Source: Bacillota bacterium (GTDB lineage Bacteria; Bacillota; Clostridia; Christensenellales; CAMQZB01). Taken from it: 64,000 nucleotides of DNA. The translations under genes and the position numbers were made by a program. Of the stretch, positions 17,532-26,899 are shown piece after piece; position 1 is the stretch's first letter; every line of letters starts with the position of its first letter. The notes beneath the pieces are model-generated. The model did not search any database, was not told the DNA's origin, and saw nothing but the letters and a program-made list of their open reading frames with translations. Where the stretch lies: contig JAWXUX010000001.1 in assembly GCA_044426045.1 (NCBI GenBank), positions 65,816 to 129,815 on the forward strand, given 5' to 3'.

Positions 17532-17990
17532 ATGAACATAAAAATCCTTGCGGTTGGCAATCTTAAAGACAAGCACTACCTATCCGCTTTCAACGAATAT
17601 AAAAAAAGACTTTCCGCTTTTGGAAGCGTGGAAGTGAAAGAACTCAAAGAACAAACCCACCTTGGAAGTGTTCCGCTTATTATCGAAAAAGAATCGGAAG
17701 ATATCATTTCAAACCTCGACGGGCACGTTATTTTGATGGATATTTCAGGCAAAACAATGTCAAGCGAGAAGTTTGCGGCGGAAATTTCACGTCTTCAGGT
17801 TGGTGGCGTTTCTAAGTTCACCTTTGTTATCGGCGGAAGTTACGGCGTGTCACAAAAGGTGCGGGATAAGGCAAATTTGCGACTCTCGTTTTCCGAAATG
17901 ACATTCCCGCACGGACTTTTCCGCGTTATGCTAGCCGAACAAATATACAGGGCTTTTCAAATCAAAGTTGGCTCGCCCTATCACAAATAG
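17532..17990 (+). CDS. rlmH: 23S rRNA (pseudouridine1915-N3)-methyltransferase
   Basis: SPOUT-type RlmH pattern (ILAVGNLKDKHY..., FVIGGSYGVS, MTFPHGLFRVMLAEQIYRA). Confidence 0.9.
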   Translation: MNIKILAVGNLKDKHYLSAFNEYKKRLSAFGSVEVKELKEQTHLGSVPLIIEKESEDIISNLDGHVILMDISGKTMSSEKFAAEISRLQVGGVSKFTFVIGGSYGVSQKVRDKANLRLSFSEMTFPHGLFRVMLAEQIYRAFQIKVGSPYHK

Positions 17991-17998
17991 GGGGTTTT

Positions 17999-18574
17999 AT
18001 GCCAAATAAAGAAGAAAAAACGCAAAAAAGCCTCTCGAGTGAAGAAAATTCTGCGATTGAAGCGTTGAAAGAGGCTAAAAAAACACTTTCGCGTGAAGAA
18101 AAATTTATGCTTGAAGCGTTGAAAGAGGCAAATAAAGCGCTTGCAAAAGACGAAGTGCCAATCGGTGCCGTTGTGGTTTTTGAAAACAAAATCATCGCAA
18201 GAGGTCACAACCAAAAGGAAAAAACGCAAATTGCAACAAAGCATGCCGAAGTTATCGCGATTGAAAAAGCGTGCAAAAAAGTTGGCAGTTGGAGGCTTTG
18301 TGATTGTGAACTTTTCGTGACACTCGAACCATGCCCAATGTGTGCCTCGCTTATAACCCAATCGCGGATTGAAAACCTTTATTATGGAGCAACGGATGAA
18401 AAGGGCGGTGGTGTTTCGCTGTTCGATATTTTCAATTGTGAAAAGCTAAATCACAAAACATACGTAGAAAGTGGTGTTTTAAATAACCAATGTTCGCAGA
18501 TTTTAAAAGATTATTTCAAAATGAAACGAGAAAGGAACAGACAAAAAAAATTGCAAAAAAAAAGTATGGAATAA
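17999..18574 (+). CDS. tadA: tRNA adenosine(34) deaminase with duplicated N-terminal helix and basic tail
   Basis: HAEVIAIEKA and TLEPCPMCA zinc motifs. AGGGGG RBS before the ATG at 17999. An internal ATG at 18107 would give a canonical-length protein. Confidence 0.9.
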   Translation: MPNKEEKTQKSLSSEENSAIEALKEAKKTLSREEKFMLEALKEANKALAKDEVPIGAVVVFENKIIARGHNQKEKTQIATKHAEVIAIEKACKKVGSWRLCDCELFVTLEPCPMCASLITQSRIENLYYGATDEKGGGVSLFDIFNCEKLNHKTYVESGVLNNQCSQILKDYFKMKRERNRQKKLQKKSME

Positions 18575-18608
18575 ATGCGGAAAAACAAAAATTAATACAT
18601 AAAAACGT

Positions 18609-18637
18609 TTGACATATTCATGTGATAAGTCTAAAAT
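18609..18637 (+). promoter_or_regulatory. Sigma-A promoter (TTGACA-17-TAAAAT) ahead of prs leader
   Basis: Perfect -35 at 18609-18614, 17-nt spacer, -10 TAAAAT at 18632-18637. Confidence 0.6.
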
Positions 18638-18778
18638 AAAGTTGTACTTTTAAACAGTACGGAATATGCAAAAGATAGGCTCAACTATATCTATCTCAAT
18701 ACACAACAGCTCGCCCAATGCACGAAGGCAGGGGGAAAAATTGGTACACCGCCACAAGGCAGTGTGAAGGAAGTAGTA

Positions 18779-19747
18779 ATGAACGTACACGGTAGTAGCA
18801 TCAAATTGTTTGCAGGAAACGCATCAAGAAGTCTTTCAAACAAAATCGCAAAAAATCTTTTTATGGAAATGGGTAAAATGGAAGTCGGCAGATTTTCCGA
18901 CGGTGAAACTTATGTTTCAATCGGCGAAACTGTTCGTGGAAGAGATGTTTTCATGATTCAATCAACATCAGCTCCAACAAACGACAACCTCATGGAACTT
19001 TTGACAGCAATCGAAGCTTTGAAAAGAGCATCAGCTGGCAGAATAACAGCAGTTATCCCATATTTCGGATATGCAAGACAAGACAGAAAGGCAAAAGCTC
19101 GTGACCCAATCACAGCAAAACTTGTTGCTAACCTAATCGAAACTGCGGGCGCTGACAGAGTGCTCACAATGGATCTTCATGCCGCACAAATCCAAGGCTT
19201 CTTTGATATTCCAGTTGACCACCTTTTGGGGTCACCAACACTAATAAAATACTTCATTGGAAAATTCGCAAAAGAACTTCGCGACGAAAACCATGACCTT
19301 TGCATAGTATCACCAGACGTTGGTTCAGTTACAAGAGCAAGAAAAGTTGCTGAAAAATTGAACGCACCAATGGCTATTATCGATAAAAGACGTCCAAAAG
19401 CAAACGTGATGGAAGTCATGAACGTTATTGGCGACGTGACAGGCAAAACTTGCATCATGATGGACGATATGATCGACACTGCAGGCACAATCTGCCAAGG
19501 TGCTCAAGCACTTATCGACCACGGCGCAAAAGAAGTTTACGCATGTTGTACTCACCCGGTTCTTTCTGGCCCTGCAATCGAACGTCTTGCTGCAGCTCCA
19601 ATCAAAGAACTTGTTATGCTCGACACATACCCAATCCCAAAAGAAAAAATGCTTGACAAATTCAAAGTGTTGTCAGTTGCCCCAATCTTTGCAGATGCAA
19701 TCAAACGTATCTATGAGGACAAGCCACTTTCAAAACTTTACGAATAA
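18779..19747 (+). CDS. prs: Ribose-phosphate pyrophosphokinase
   Basis: [24 protein letters not shown] and [11 protein letters not shown] motifs, plus the [15 protein letters not shown] loop. The ATG at 18779 has GAAGGAAG upstream; the ORF is open from a GTG at 18764. Confidence 0.95.
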   Translation: MNVHGSSIKLFAGNASRSLSNKIAKNLFMEMGKMEVGRFSDGETYVSIGETVRGRDVFMIQSTSAPTNDNLMELLTAIEALKRASAGRITAVIPYFGYARQDRKAKARDPITAKLVANLIETAGADRVLTMDLHAAQIQGFFDIPVDHLLGSPTLIKYFIGKFAKELRDENHDLCIVSPDVGSVTRARKVAEKLNAPMAIIDKRRPKANVMEVMNVIGDVTGKTCIMMDDMIDTAGTICQGAQALIDHGAKEVYACCTHPVLSGPAIERLAAAPIKELVMLDTYPIPKEKMLDKFKVLSVAPIFADAIKRIYEDKPLSKLYE

Positions 19748-19770
19748 AATCATATTATGATAAAAACAAA

Positions 19771-19805
19771 CGCAGAAGAAGAAATTTTTCTGCGTTTTTA
19801 TTTTT
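19771..19805 (+). terminator. Intrinsic terminator after prs
   Basis: CGCAGAA (19771-19777) / TTCTGCG (19788-19794) followed by a T-run. Confidence 0.75.
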
Positions 19806-19811
19806 CACCAT

Positions 19812-19840
19812 TTGCCAATATCTAAATTTTGGTGTATAAT
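19812..19840 (+). promoter_or_regulatory. Sigma-A promoter (TTGCCA-17-TATAAT) reading into the inverted element and pth-mfd
   Basis: -35 at 19812-19817, -10 TATAAT at 19835-19840 preceded by TG. Confidence 0.55.
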
Positions 19841-19860
19841 AGATATAATGAGGAAATGGA

Positions 19861-20126
19861 AGGTAATAGGTAAAATAGGTAATAGGTAATAGGTAATAGG
19901 TAATAGGTAATAGGTAATAGGTAATAGGTAATAATTGTGGTAGGCACTCGGCTTTGCCTCGTGCATACTATATTTGAAACTTTTTACTAAAACAGTTTAT
20001 TGCCACGTGAAGTGTTTGCTCTGATAATAAATATATAAATAATGGAAAGCACGAGCAACGCGAGTGCATTACCACAATTATTACCTATTACCTATTACCT
20101 ATTACCTTAAATCTTACCTATTACCT
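19861..20126 (-). repeat. Nested-hairpin intergenic element, copy 3 (inverted orientation, GGTAATA-arm variant)
   Basis: AGGTAAT x10 (19861-19932) faces ATTACCT x4 plus 2 degenerate units (20079-20126). The box pair is present as TGTGGTAGGCACTCG (left) and CGAGTGCATTACCACA (right), the reverse complement of the other copies. The core is divergent. Confidence 0.85.
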
Positions 20127-20166
20127 TAAATCGAAATACAAACTAGAACGCAAAAAGTAGGTATAT

Positions 20167-20685
20167 ATGTTAATAACAGGACTTGGTAACATAGGAAAAG
20201 AATATGAAAACACTCGCCACAACGCGGGTTTTATTGTCGTTGATAAATTTGCAGATAAGCTCGGGCTAAAAATTGATAAAAAAGATTGCAAAAGCAAAAT
20301 CGCTAGAAGAATGAAAGACGAGCTGATAATTCAAAAGCCGGAAACTTTCATGAATTTGTCTGGAAAGGCAGTGAAAGAGGCTATGGGCAAATTCCATTTT
20401 GAAGCTGACGAAATCATCATCGTGTATGACGATATTGATTTGCCACTTGGCACAATCAGGTTTCGCGAAAAGGGGAGCGCGGGAACGCACAACGGCATGA
20501 AAAGCATAATTGCCGAAATCGGCACGCAAGAGTTTGCAAGGCTCAGGATTGGGATTGGAAAACCGCCAGTGCCACAAATGGATCTCGCGGATTATGTGCT
20601 TGGTAAGTTTTCAAAAGATGAACTTGCAATCTTGGAAAAATCAGCCGATGAAGCAATCGATGTGTTGATGGCAAAAATCAAATAA
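20167..20685 (+). CDS. pth: Peptidyl-tRNA hydrolase
   Basis: GLGNIGKEYENTRHNAGF, FMNLSG and GTHNG motifs. Confidence 0.95.
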   Translation: MLITGLGNIGKEYENTRHNAGFIVVDKFADKLGLKIDKKDCKSKIARRMKDELIIQKPETFMNLSGKAVKEAMGKFHFEADEIIIVYDDIDLPLGTIRFREKGSAGTHNGMKSIIAEIGTQEFARLRIGIGKPPVPQMDLADYVLGKFSKDELAILEKSADEAIDVLMAKIK

Positions 20686-20802
20686 ATCAAAACAAATCCA
20701 ATAAAACAAACCAAACAAACAAACCAAACAAAGCAAGTATAAAATCAAAAATCAATTTTGATTTATAATAAAAAACAAAACTCTTGAAAAAAGCGGAGAA
20801 CT

Positions 20803-23800
20803 ATGCTCAAAAAAATACTTTCAAGTGAATATCTTGGTGGAAACTATTTCCGCCTTCAAAAAGACGTTGACGCAAACCTTTGCACCAACGTTTTTGGCGT
20901 GCCTGCATGCGCAAAACCAATGCTAGCGAGAAACCTTTCGAAAAAGGTGCTTTATATTGTGAAAGATATCCAAGAAGCAAGGGAAGTCGAACTTCAAATG
21001 TCTTGCGTTTCAAACGTGATAAACCTTCCCGAAAAACCCGAAGTTCTCCTTGAAATGAAAGCGTTTTCTGCCGAAAGCTACAATAAAAGGCTAACCGCAA
21101 TCCACCGCTTGGCAACGGAAAGCGAATATTTTTGCATCGCAACGGTTGGAAGTATTTGCCAAATTTTCCCAAGCCTTAAGAATTTTCAAAATTCGACTTT
21201 CACTCTCAAAGTTGGCGAGGATTTTGAAAATCTTTCAAAAAGATTGACACTCGCTGGCTACGCTCGCGTTGAAAGGGTGACTGGCAGTGGCGAATTTTCC
21301 CTTCGTGGCGATATTTGCGACTTTGTACTTCCAAGTGGCGAGGCTTTTCGCGTGGACTTTTTTGGCGACGAGGTAGAAAAAATCAAGACACTTGATTTGG
21401 AAGCCTATCGCTCTTCAAAACCGCGTGGCGAAATCACAATCTATCCCGCGACCGACATTTTCTTTGAGGGCGTTTCTCGCGAGGTGATGCACGCAAACTT
21501 GAAAATTTCCATTCCAAAACCAACAAATAAAGAAGCCGAAAACAAATCGGCGGAACTTTTTGATAAATATCAACTGGCGATTGAAGCGGGCAACAACGCA
21601 AAAGAAAACTCGCAAATCTTGCCACTCACAAAAACATCGTCAATTTTTCCATATCTTGCGGAAGAAACATTGATAGCCTTTTCCGATTTGCACCACCTTG
21701 AAAATTATTCCGACATTTTGCAAAAGGAACACCAAACGCGATTTGCAATCTTGAAAGAGGAATGTGAAATTTTGCTTTCAAGCGTTTCGGGACTTGTCGA
21801 TTTCACCAAATTTGTTCAAAGTGCGAAAGGCAAAAAGGTTGCGAATTTTTCAAACTTTGCAATAGCGACAAAAAACAGAATTTTCGACAAAATATATAAC
21901 CTAAAAATCACCCCAACACCGCAGTATCTTTTTTCTGAAGAAAATCTTCACACAGACATCAAAAACTGGCTTCGCGGTGGATATAATATTGTTATTTGCG
22001 GAAAGGATATGGATAATTCCAAATTCTTGCAAAGAAGACTCGCCGATAACGATATTTTTTGCGGACTTTGCGAAAACACCGATCAAACAATCGAGGGCGT
22101 GACAATCGTTCCGATTTATTATCCAAACGGCTTTTGCCTTCACGAAACGAAAGTTGTCGTGATTGGCACAAATGATGTCATAAGAAAGGAAAGGACAAAG
22201 GACACAACTCGCAAAAAACGCAATCCATTCACATCATTTGACGTTGGCGATTATGTCGTTCACGAAAATCACGGTATCGGCAGACTTGAAAAAATCGATA
22301 AAGTAACAACGGGCGCCGTGACAAAGGATTACGCAATTCTTAATTATAAAGACGGCACTGTTTATCTTCCAGTTGACCAAATGGACTTGCTTTCAAGATA
22401 TTCCGGCACCGACAAAATCCCAAACCTTTCAAGAATGGGTGGCAGGGAATTTGAAAAAGTGAAAGCGAAAGTTGCTGCTTCACTGAAAGCGATGGCAATC
22501 GACCTTCGCAAGCTTTATGAAAAACGCGATCGTACCAACGGATTTGCCTTTGAAGAAGATTCAGCATTTTTAAGCGAGTTTGAGGAATCTTTCCCATTTG
22601 AAGAAACTCGCGACCAGTTAACAGCGATTGCCGAAGTGAAAGCGGACATGCAATCAAAAAAAATCATGGACAGATTGATTTGTGGCGACGTTGGTTATGG
22701 CAAAACGGAAGTTGCATTCAGGGCTGCGTTCAAAGCGGTGGAAAACGGCAAGCAAGTTTGCTTTCTCGCCCCAACAACCATTCTATCCGAGCAACATTAT
22801 GAATCGGCAAAAGAGCGGTTCAAAGGCTTTGGAATAAGGCTTGGCTGTATCAATCGTTTCCGAACAAAACAAAAACAAAAATTGATATTGGGCGAGCTAG
22901 CCGCTCACAAAATCGATATAATTTTCGGCACCCACCGCCTTTTGTCAAAAGATATCATCTTTGCGGATTTGGGACTTTTGGTGCTTGATGAAGAACAGCG
23001 TTTTGGCGTTGAACACAAGGAAAAAATCAAAGTGATGAAATCCGATGTCGACGTTTTGTCGATGAGTGCAACCCCAATTCCAAGAACGCTTAATATGTCG
23101 CTTTCTGGCATAAGGGCGATTTCCACAATCGAAACACCGCCCAAAAAACGTTTGCCAATCCAAACTGTGGTGGCGGAAGAAACGTCGGGGCTAATAAAAG
23201 ATGCATGCACCCGCGAGCTCGCACGTGGCGGTCAAGTTTTCATTCTTTACAACAGGGTGGAAAGCATAGATACATTCGCGGTGAAAATCATGGAAATGAT
23301 GCCAGATGCAAGGGTGGTTGTGACCCACGGTCAAATGAGGCCATCATCTCTTGAAAAAGCAATAGAAACCTTTGCAAGTGGCAACGCTGAAATTTTGGTT
23401 ACAACAACAATAATAGAAAACGGTATCAACATCCCGCGTGCAAACACAATGGTGGTGATAGATGCCGATAAACTCGGTCTTTCGCAAGCCTACCAACTGA
23501 AAGGCAGGGTGGGCAGGTCTGATAAACTCGCTTATGTCTATTTCACTTATAAGGAAAACAAAGTTCTTTCGGAAAATGCCTATAAACGCCTTTCCGCGAT
23601 AACGGAATTTTCTGAATTTGGCAGTGGTTTCAAAATTGCCATGCGCGATTTGGAAATTCGCGGTGCGGGCAGTCTTCTTGGGCGCGAGCAAAGTGGGCAC
23701 ATGGAAAAAATCGGTTATGAAACGTACACTAAACTTTTGAAAGAAGCAATCGGCGAAATTGACGGCGAAACTAAGGAAGAAAAATTCAACGTGGAAGTGG

Positions 23801-24204
23801 AAACGGACATCAATTCATATATCGACAGCAACTATATCAAAAACCAAGCGGAAAGAATGGAAATTTATTACGAATTTGCCCTTATCGCAAACGCCACTGA
23901 ACTTCAAAATTCTCTTTCTAAAATCGAGGATGCCTATGGATGCGTTCCAAAGGAAACTGTGAATTTGGCAAAAATCGGATATGCAAAACAGCTTGCTTCA
24001 AAATTTGCAATCAAGAAAATCATCGGCAAAGGTGGCGTTTTGTCACTCGTGCTAACAAAAGAGTCGATGTCAAAAAAAGAGGTCGCTGATTTCATGGCTA
24101 AATATAAAGGCAGGTGCAATCTTGAAGTGGGAAGCGAGATGAAAATCGTATTCCAGAAATTCAAAGGCGATTTTTGGGACGGAGTGATAAGGATTTTGCA
24201 ATAA
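20803..24204 (+). CDS. mfd: Transcription-repair coupling factor
   Basis: 1133 aa. Central RNAP-interacting region (DYVVHENHGIG), superfamily-2 helicase motifs (GDVGYGKTEVA, DEEQRFGV) and a TRG-like C-terminal part. Confidence 0.95.
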   Translation: MLKKILSSEYLGGNYFRLQKDVDANLCTNVFGVPACAKPMLARNLSKKVLYIVKDIQEAREVELQMSCVSNVINLPEKPEVLLEMKAFSAESYNKRLTAIHRLATESEYFCIATVGSICQIFPSLKNFQNSTFTLKVGEDFENLSKRLTLAGYARVERVTGSGEFSLRGDICDFVLPSGEAFRVDFFGDEVEKIKTLDLEAYRSSKPRGEITIYPATDIFFEGVSREVMHANLKISIPKPTNKEAENKSAELFDKYQLAIEAGNNAKENSQILPLTKTSSIFPYLAEETLIAFSDLHHLENYSDILQKEHQTRFAILKEECEILLSSVSGLVDFTKFVQSAKGKKVANFSNFAIATKNRIFDKIYNLKITPTPQYLFSEENLHTDIKNWLRGGYNIVICGKDMDNSKFLQRRLADNDIFCGLCENTDQTIEGVTIVPIYYPNGFCLHETKVVVIGTNDVIRKERTKDTTRKKRNPFTSFDVGDYVVHENHGIGRLEKIDKVTTGAVTKDYAILNYKDGTVYLPVDQMDLLSRYSGTDKIPNLSRMGGREFEKVKAKVAASLKAMAIDLRKLYEKRDRTNGFAFEEDSAFLSEFEESFPFEETRDQLTAIAEVKADMQSKKIMDRLICGDVGYGKTEVAFRAAFKAVENGKQVCFLAPTTILSEQHYESAKERFKGFGIRLGCINRFRTKQKQKLILGELAAHKIDIIFGTHRLLSKDIIFADLGLLVLDEEQRFGVEHKEKIKVMKSDVDVLSMSATPIPRTLNMSLSGIRAISTIETPPKKRLPIQTVVAEETSGLIKDACTRELARGGQVFILYNRVESIDTFAVKIMEMMPDARVVVTHGQMRPSSLEKAIETFASGNAEILVTTTIIENGINIPRANTMVVIDADKLGLSQAYQLKGRVGRSDKLAYVYFTYKENKVLSENAYKRLSAITEFSEFGSGFKIAMRDLEIRGAGSLLGREQSGHMEKIGYETYTKLLKEAIGEIDGETKEEKFNVEVETDINSYIDSNYIKNQAERMEIYYEFALIANATELQNSLSKIEDAYGCVPKETVNLAKIGYAKQLASKFAIKKIIGKGGVLSLVLTKESMSKKEVADFMAKYKGRCNLEVGSEMKIVFQKFKGDFWDGVIRILQ

Positions 24205-24237
24205 AATAAAAAATTCTGTCAATAATCATAAAAAAAC

Positions 24238-24266
24238 TTGCTAAAAAATTTGTTTTCTAGTATAAT
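24238..24266 (+). promoter_or_regulatory. Sigma-A promoter (TTGCTA-17-TATAAT)
   Basis: -35 at 24238-24243, -10 at 24261-24266. Confidence 0.55.
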
Positions 24267-24380
24267 ATGAAAATACGGTATTAATTACTCGAACTCACCC
24301 TGCTGTCACAAGCCACGAATTATTTGCAAAGTCAAAATCTTTCAAATATCGCGGAATATGGCACAAATAAGGAGAAAAAA

Positions 24381-26012
24381 ATGAAGAAAAGAATAATTGC
24401 GATAATCTTGGTGCTTGTTTTGACACTTTCAGTGTTCTCAGGTTGCACTCTTATAGAGCAAGATGAAAACAAAGTGCTTGCTCAAGCTGTTGTGACAATC
24501 GGCTCTGGCGATAACGCTCAAGAAATCTCTATGACTGATATCATCTCAAGCTACAACAGCGTTGCTTATATGTATATGTACTATTTCGGCATGACTTATG
24601 ACGAAGTGCTCACAATGGTTATCGAAAACTTGATAACTCAAAGCGTGTTCACATATGCAGCACTTGAATATCTCCCAGTTTTGAACGATTCAGACGTTTT
24701 ATACGAAAGATACCTCACTGATGCCGAACTTGCCGACGTGAAAGCAGATGTTGATAAAGCGATTTCAGCAGAAATCGATGCAATGGAAGTTGAAACACTT
24801 CAAACAGCATTCACAGCCGACGGCACTGCTTTGACAACAGTTGAAGATAGGGAAGTTCCAGATTGGGCGGACGTTACAACAGCTGTCCCAGCTGATTTCG
24901 AAGGCACAGATTCAAGAGAAGCAGCAATCGTTGCACTCACAAAAGAAATGTCATCATATGGCTATTCATATGACGAATTCTATGGCATGGTTTATGATTC
25001 ATATCTTGAATCAGCAATCACAACAAAATATCAAGAAATCATCATGGAAGAATACACAGTTTCAACTGCCGATGTATTGACTAAATACTACGCTCAAATT
25101 GAAGACGAAAAAGAATACTTCGCAGCATACGGTCTTGAAACTTACATGGAAAAATACGACACTGACTACGAAAGTGTTATCTATAACCCAACGGGCGAAA
25201 CTTATGGTTATGTGAAACAAGTTCTCGTGAGCTTCACTGACGAGCAAATGGCTCAGCTTGAAGGTCTTGAAGGGGACGAGCTAACAGCAAAACGTATTGA
25301 ACTTGCAAACGAAGCTGTTGCCTATGACCTAAGAGATGCATATCTTTACACTTATGGCTACAACACGGGGGCAGACGGATTGTTCTCTATCTATGATTTT
25401 GACGGAACAGTTACTCCAGAAACAGTTGACGGCGTTCAAATAAGAGATGAAGAAGGCAACTTTGCTTATTCAAATATCTCTGCTACTGAATACACTGGCT
25501 ATGAATCTTTCCTTTCAAGCGTGGTTAACCCATATCTTGGCGGAAGCTATGCCGGAAGCGAAAACGGATTTGCTGTCTACACTTCATCATACGACGCATC
25601 AAAAATCGACGATTTGATTTATGCTTATAACTCAGACCCAGGCGTGTTTGGCGTTGACTTTGGTTATTTCGTTCCAGACGATAGTTTCTATGAAGAATTC
25701 AACACTGCAGCAAGCAGTCTTATTGGCTACGGTGTCGGTGCCTACACAATCTGCGTGACAGACTATGGCTACCACATTGTGTACCTCACAAAAGTTGTTT
25801 CATCTGACGAAGTGACAACGTTTGTTGAAAGCGAAATGGAAACTGAAGGCACTTTCTCGTATAACTTCACTGCACTTTTCACTGAACTTGCAAAAACAGG
25901 TTATTTCGATGAAAGAACAACAGAAATCGTTGACGAATACGACACTGAAGAAAATGTTGTTATCGACGAAAAAGTGTATGCAGAATTGATTGAAATGTTC
26001 AATGCATCATAA
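24381..26012 (+). CDS. Lipoprotein, PrsA/SurA-like foldase with long acidic middle region and degenerate parvulin-like C-terminus
   Basis: Signal peptide plus lipobox VFSGC after MKKR (AAGGAG RBS). The C-terminal NSDPG..FGYFVPDDSFYEEF..TDYGYHIVYL resembles a parvulin fold pattern. The position after mfd is typical for prsA-like genes. Confidence 0.5.
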   Translation: MKKRIIAIILVLVLTLSVFSGCTLIEQDENKVLAQAVVTIGSGDNAQEISMTDIISSYNSVAYMYMYYFGMTYDEVLTMVIENLITQSVFTYAALEYLPVLNDSDVLYERYLTDAELADVKADVDKAISAEIDAMEVETLQTAFTADGTALTTVEDREVPDWADVTTAVPADFEGTDSREAAIVALTKEMSSYGYSYDEFYGMVYDSYLESAITTKYQEIIMEEYTVSTADVLTKYYAQIEDEKEYFAAYGLETYMEKYDTDYESVIYNPTGETYGYVKQVLVSFTDEQMAQLEGLEGDELTAKRIELANEAVAYDLRDAYLYTYGYNTGADGLFSIYDFDGTVTPETVDGVQIRDEEGNFAYSNISATEYTGYESFLSSVVNPYLGGSYAGSENGFAVYTSSYDASKIDDLIYAYNSDPGVFGVDFGYFVPDDSFYEEFNTAASSLIGYGVGAYTICVTDYGYHIVYLTKVVSSDEVTTFVESEMETEGTFSYNFTALFTELAKTGYFDERTTEIVDEYDTEENVVIDEKVYAELIEMFNAS

Positions 26013-26046
26013 TCGCTTAAACTGAATAAATAAAAAAACTACTATG

Positions 26047-26072
26047 CAGACGGCTGAAAGGTCGTCTGTTTT
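26047..26072 (+). terminator. Intrinsic terminator
   Basis: CAGACGGC (26047-26054) / GTCGTCTG (26061-26068) plus TTTT. Confidence 0.7.
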
Positions 26073-26126
26073 AGACTTTTGGGGAAACCCCTATAAATAA
26101 TAAAAATAAATAAAATTGGAGATAAT

Positions 26127-26417
26127 ATGATCACAACAAAAGAAAGAAGCGTGCTAAAAAAAATTGCACACCCATTGAAACCAGAATGTCAAATCGGAAA
26201 GGGCGGAATAACTGACGCATTTCTCACTCAAGTTTCAGAATGTCTTTACCACAAAGAACTAATCAAAATCAAAGTTTTGCAAAATGCCCCAGTGGTTGCA
26301 AAAGAAGTTATAAACGAAATGGCGGAAACTTTGGGCGCTCAGCCAGTGTCTGCAATCGGCGGAATTATCACTTTATATAAAGTCAGCGATAAGGACGGAA
26401 TCGTGCACGTTATGTAA
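26127..26417 (+). CDS. yhbY: YhbY/CRM-domain RNA-binding protein
   Basis: LKKIAHPLKPECQIGKGGIT...ELIKIKVL pattern, 96 aa. Confidence 0.85.
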   Translation: MITTKERSVLKKIAHPLKPECQIGKGGITDAFLTQVSECLYHKELIKIKVLQNAPVVAKEVINEMAETLGAQPVSAIGGIITLYKVSDKDGIVHVM

Positions 26418-26528
26418 CTTATAAAGGTACGTTTATGGCTGTAAATTTTGGCTATTTGATTATGCAAAAAAAAATATGCACAAAATACGCAAAATGCACA
26501 TATTTTATTAAAAAAGTGTAAAAATAAA

Positions 26529-26557
26529 TTTACAATATTACGTTTTTATGTTAAAAT
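26529..26557 (+). promoter_or_regulatory. Sigma-A-like promoter (TTTACA-17-TAAAAT) for the XRE gene
   Basis: -35 at 26529-26534, -10 at 26552-26557. Confidence 0.45.
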
Positions 26558-26638
26558 CATAATACTCGATTGAGAAAAATTTCACAAAGCGGAATTTTTT
26601 GTCAGTGGGAATACATTTTATCAAACCTGGAGGTTGGA

Positions 26639-26845
26639 ATGAAAATCGGAGAAAGTTTGAGAAAACTTAGAGTAGAAAAAGGCATCACGCAGTTAAAACT
26701 AGCAGAAATAATGAGCATTTCAAGAGTAAACTACAACAGATATGAAAACAACGTGAATTGTCCAAGCGTAGAATTGCTATGCCAACTAGCGGATTTCTAT
26801 GACGTCACACTAGACGAAATGGTAGGAAGAAAATACGGAGCGTAA
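26639..26845 (+). CDS. XRE-family helix-turn-helix transcriptional regulator (68 aa)
   Basis: LRKLRVEKGITQLKLAEIMSISRVNYNRYENN is a Cro/C1-type HTH. GGAGG RBS 5 nt before the ATG at 26639. Confidence 0.85.
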   Translation: MKIGESLRKLRVEKGITQLKLAEIMSISRVNYNRYENNVNCPSVELLCQLADFYDVTLDEMVGRKYGA

Positions 26846-26872
26846 GCTTTGCAAGATTTCCGACAAACAAAA

Positions 26873-26899
26873 AGAGTAACAAATTTTGTTGCTCTTTTT
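26873..26899 (+). terminator. Intrinsic terminator after XRE gene
   Basis: AGAGTAACAA / TTGTTGCTCT stem (one G-U pair), 3-nt loop, T-run 26895-26899. Confidence 0.75.

Noticed and set aside
18640-18778. ZTP (pfl) or PRPP riboswitch upstream of prs
   Set aside because: The diagnostic CCGCCUGGGC pseudoknot segment, the GGGUCG..ACUGGCG core and the ykkC-type conserved nucleotides are not present. I kept it only as an unassigned leader.
19861-19932. Tandem heptamer arrays considered as a possible CRISPR-like or other spaced repeat array
   Set aside because: The units are 7 nt and directly abutting with no spacers. The arrays occur as inverted pairs forming hairpin arms. No cas genes are present.
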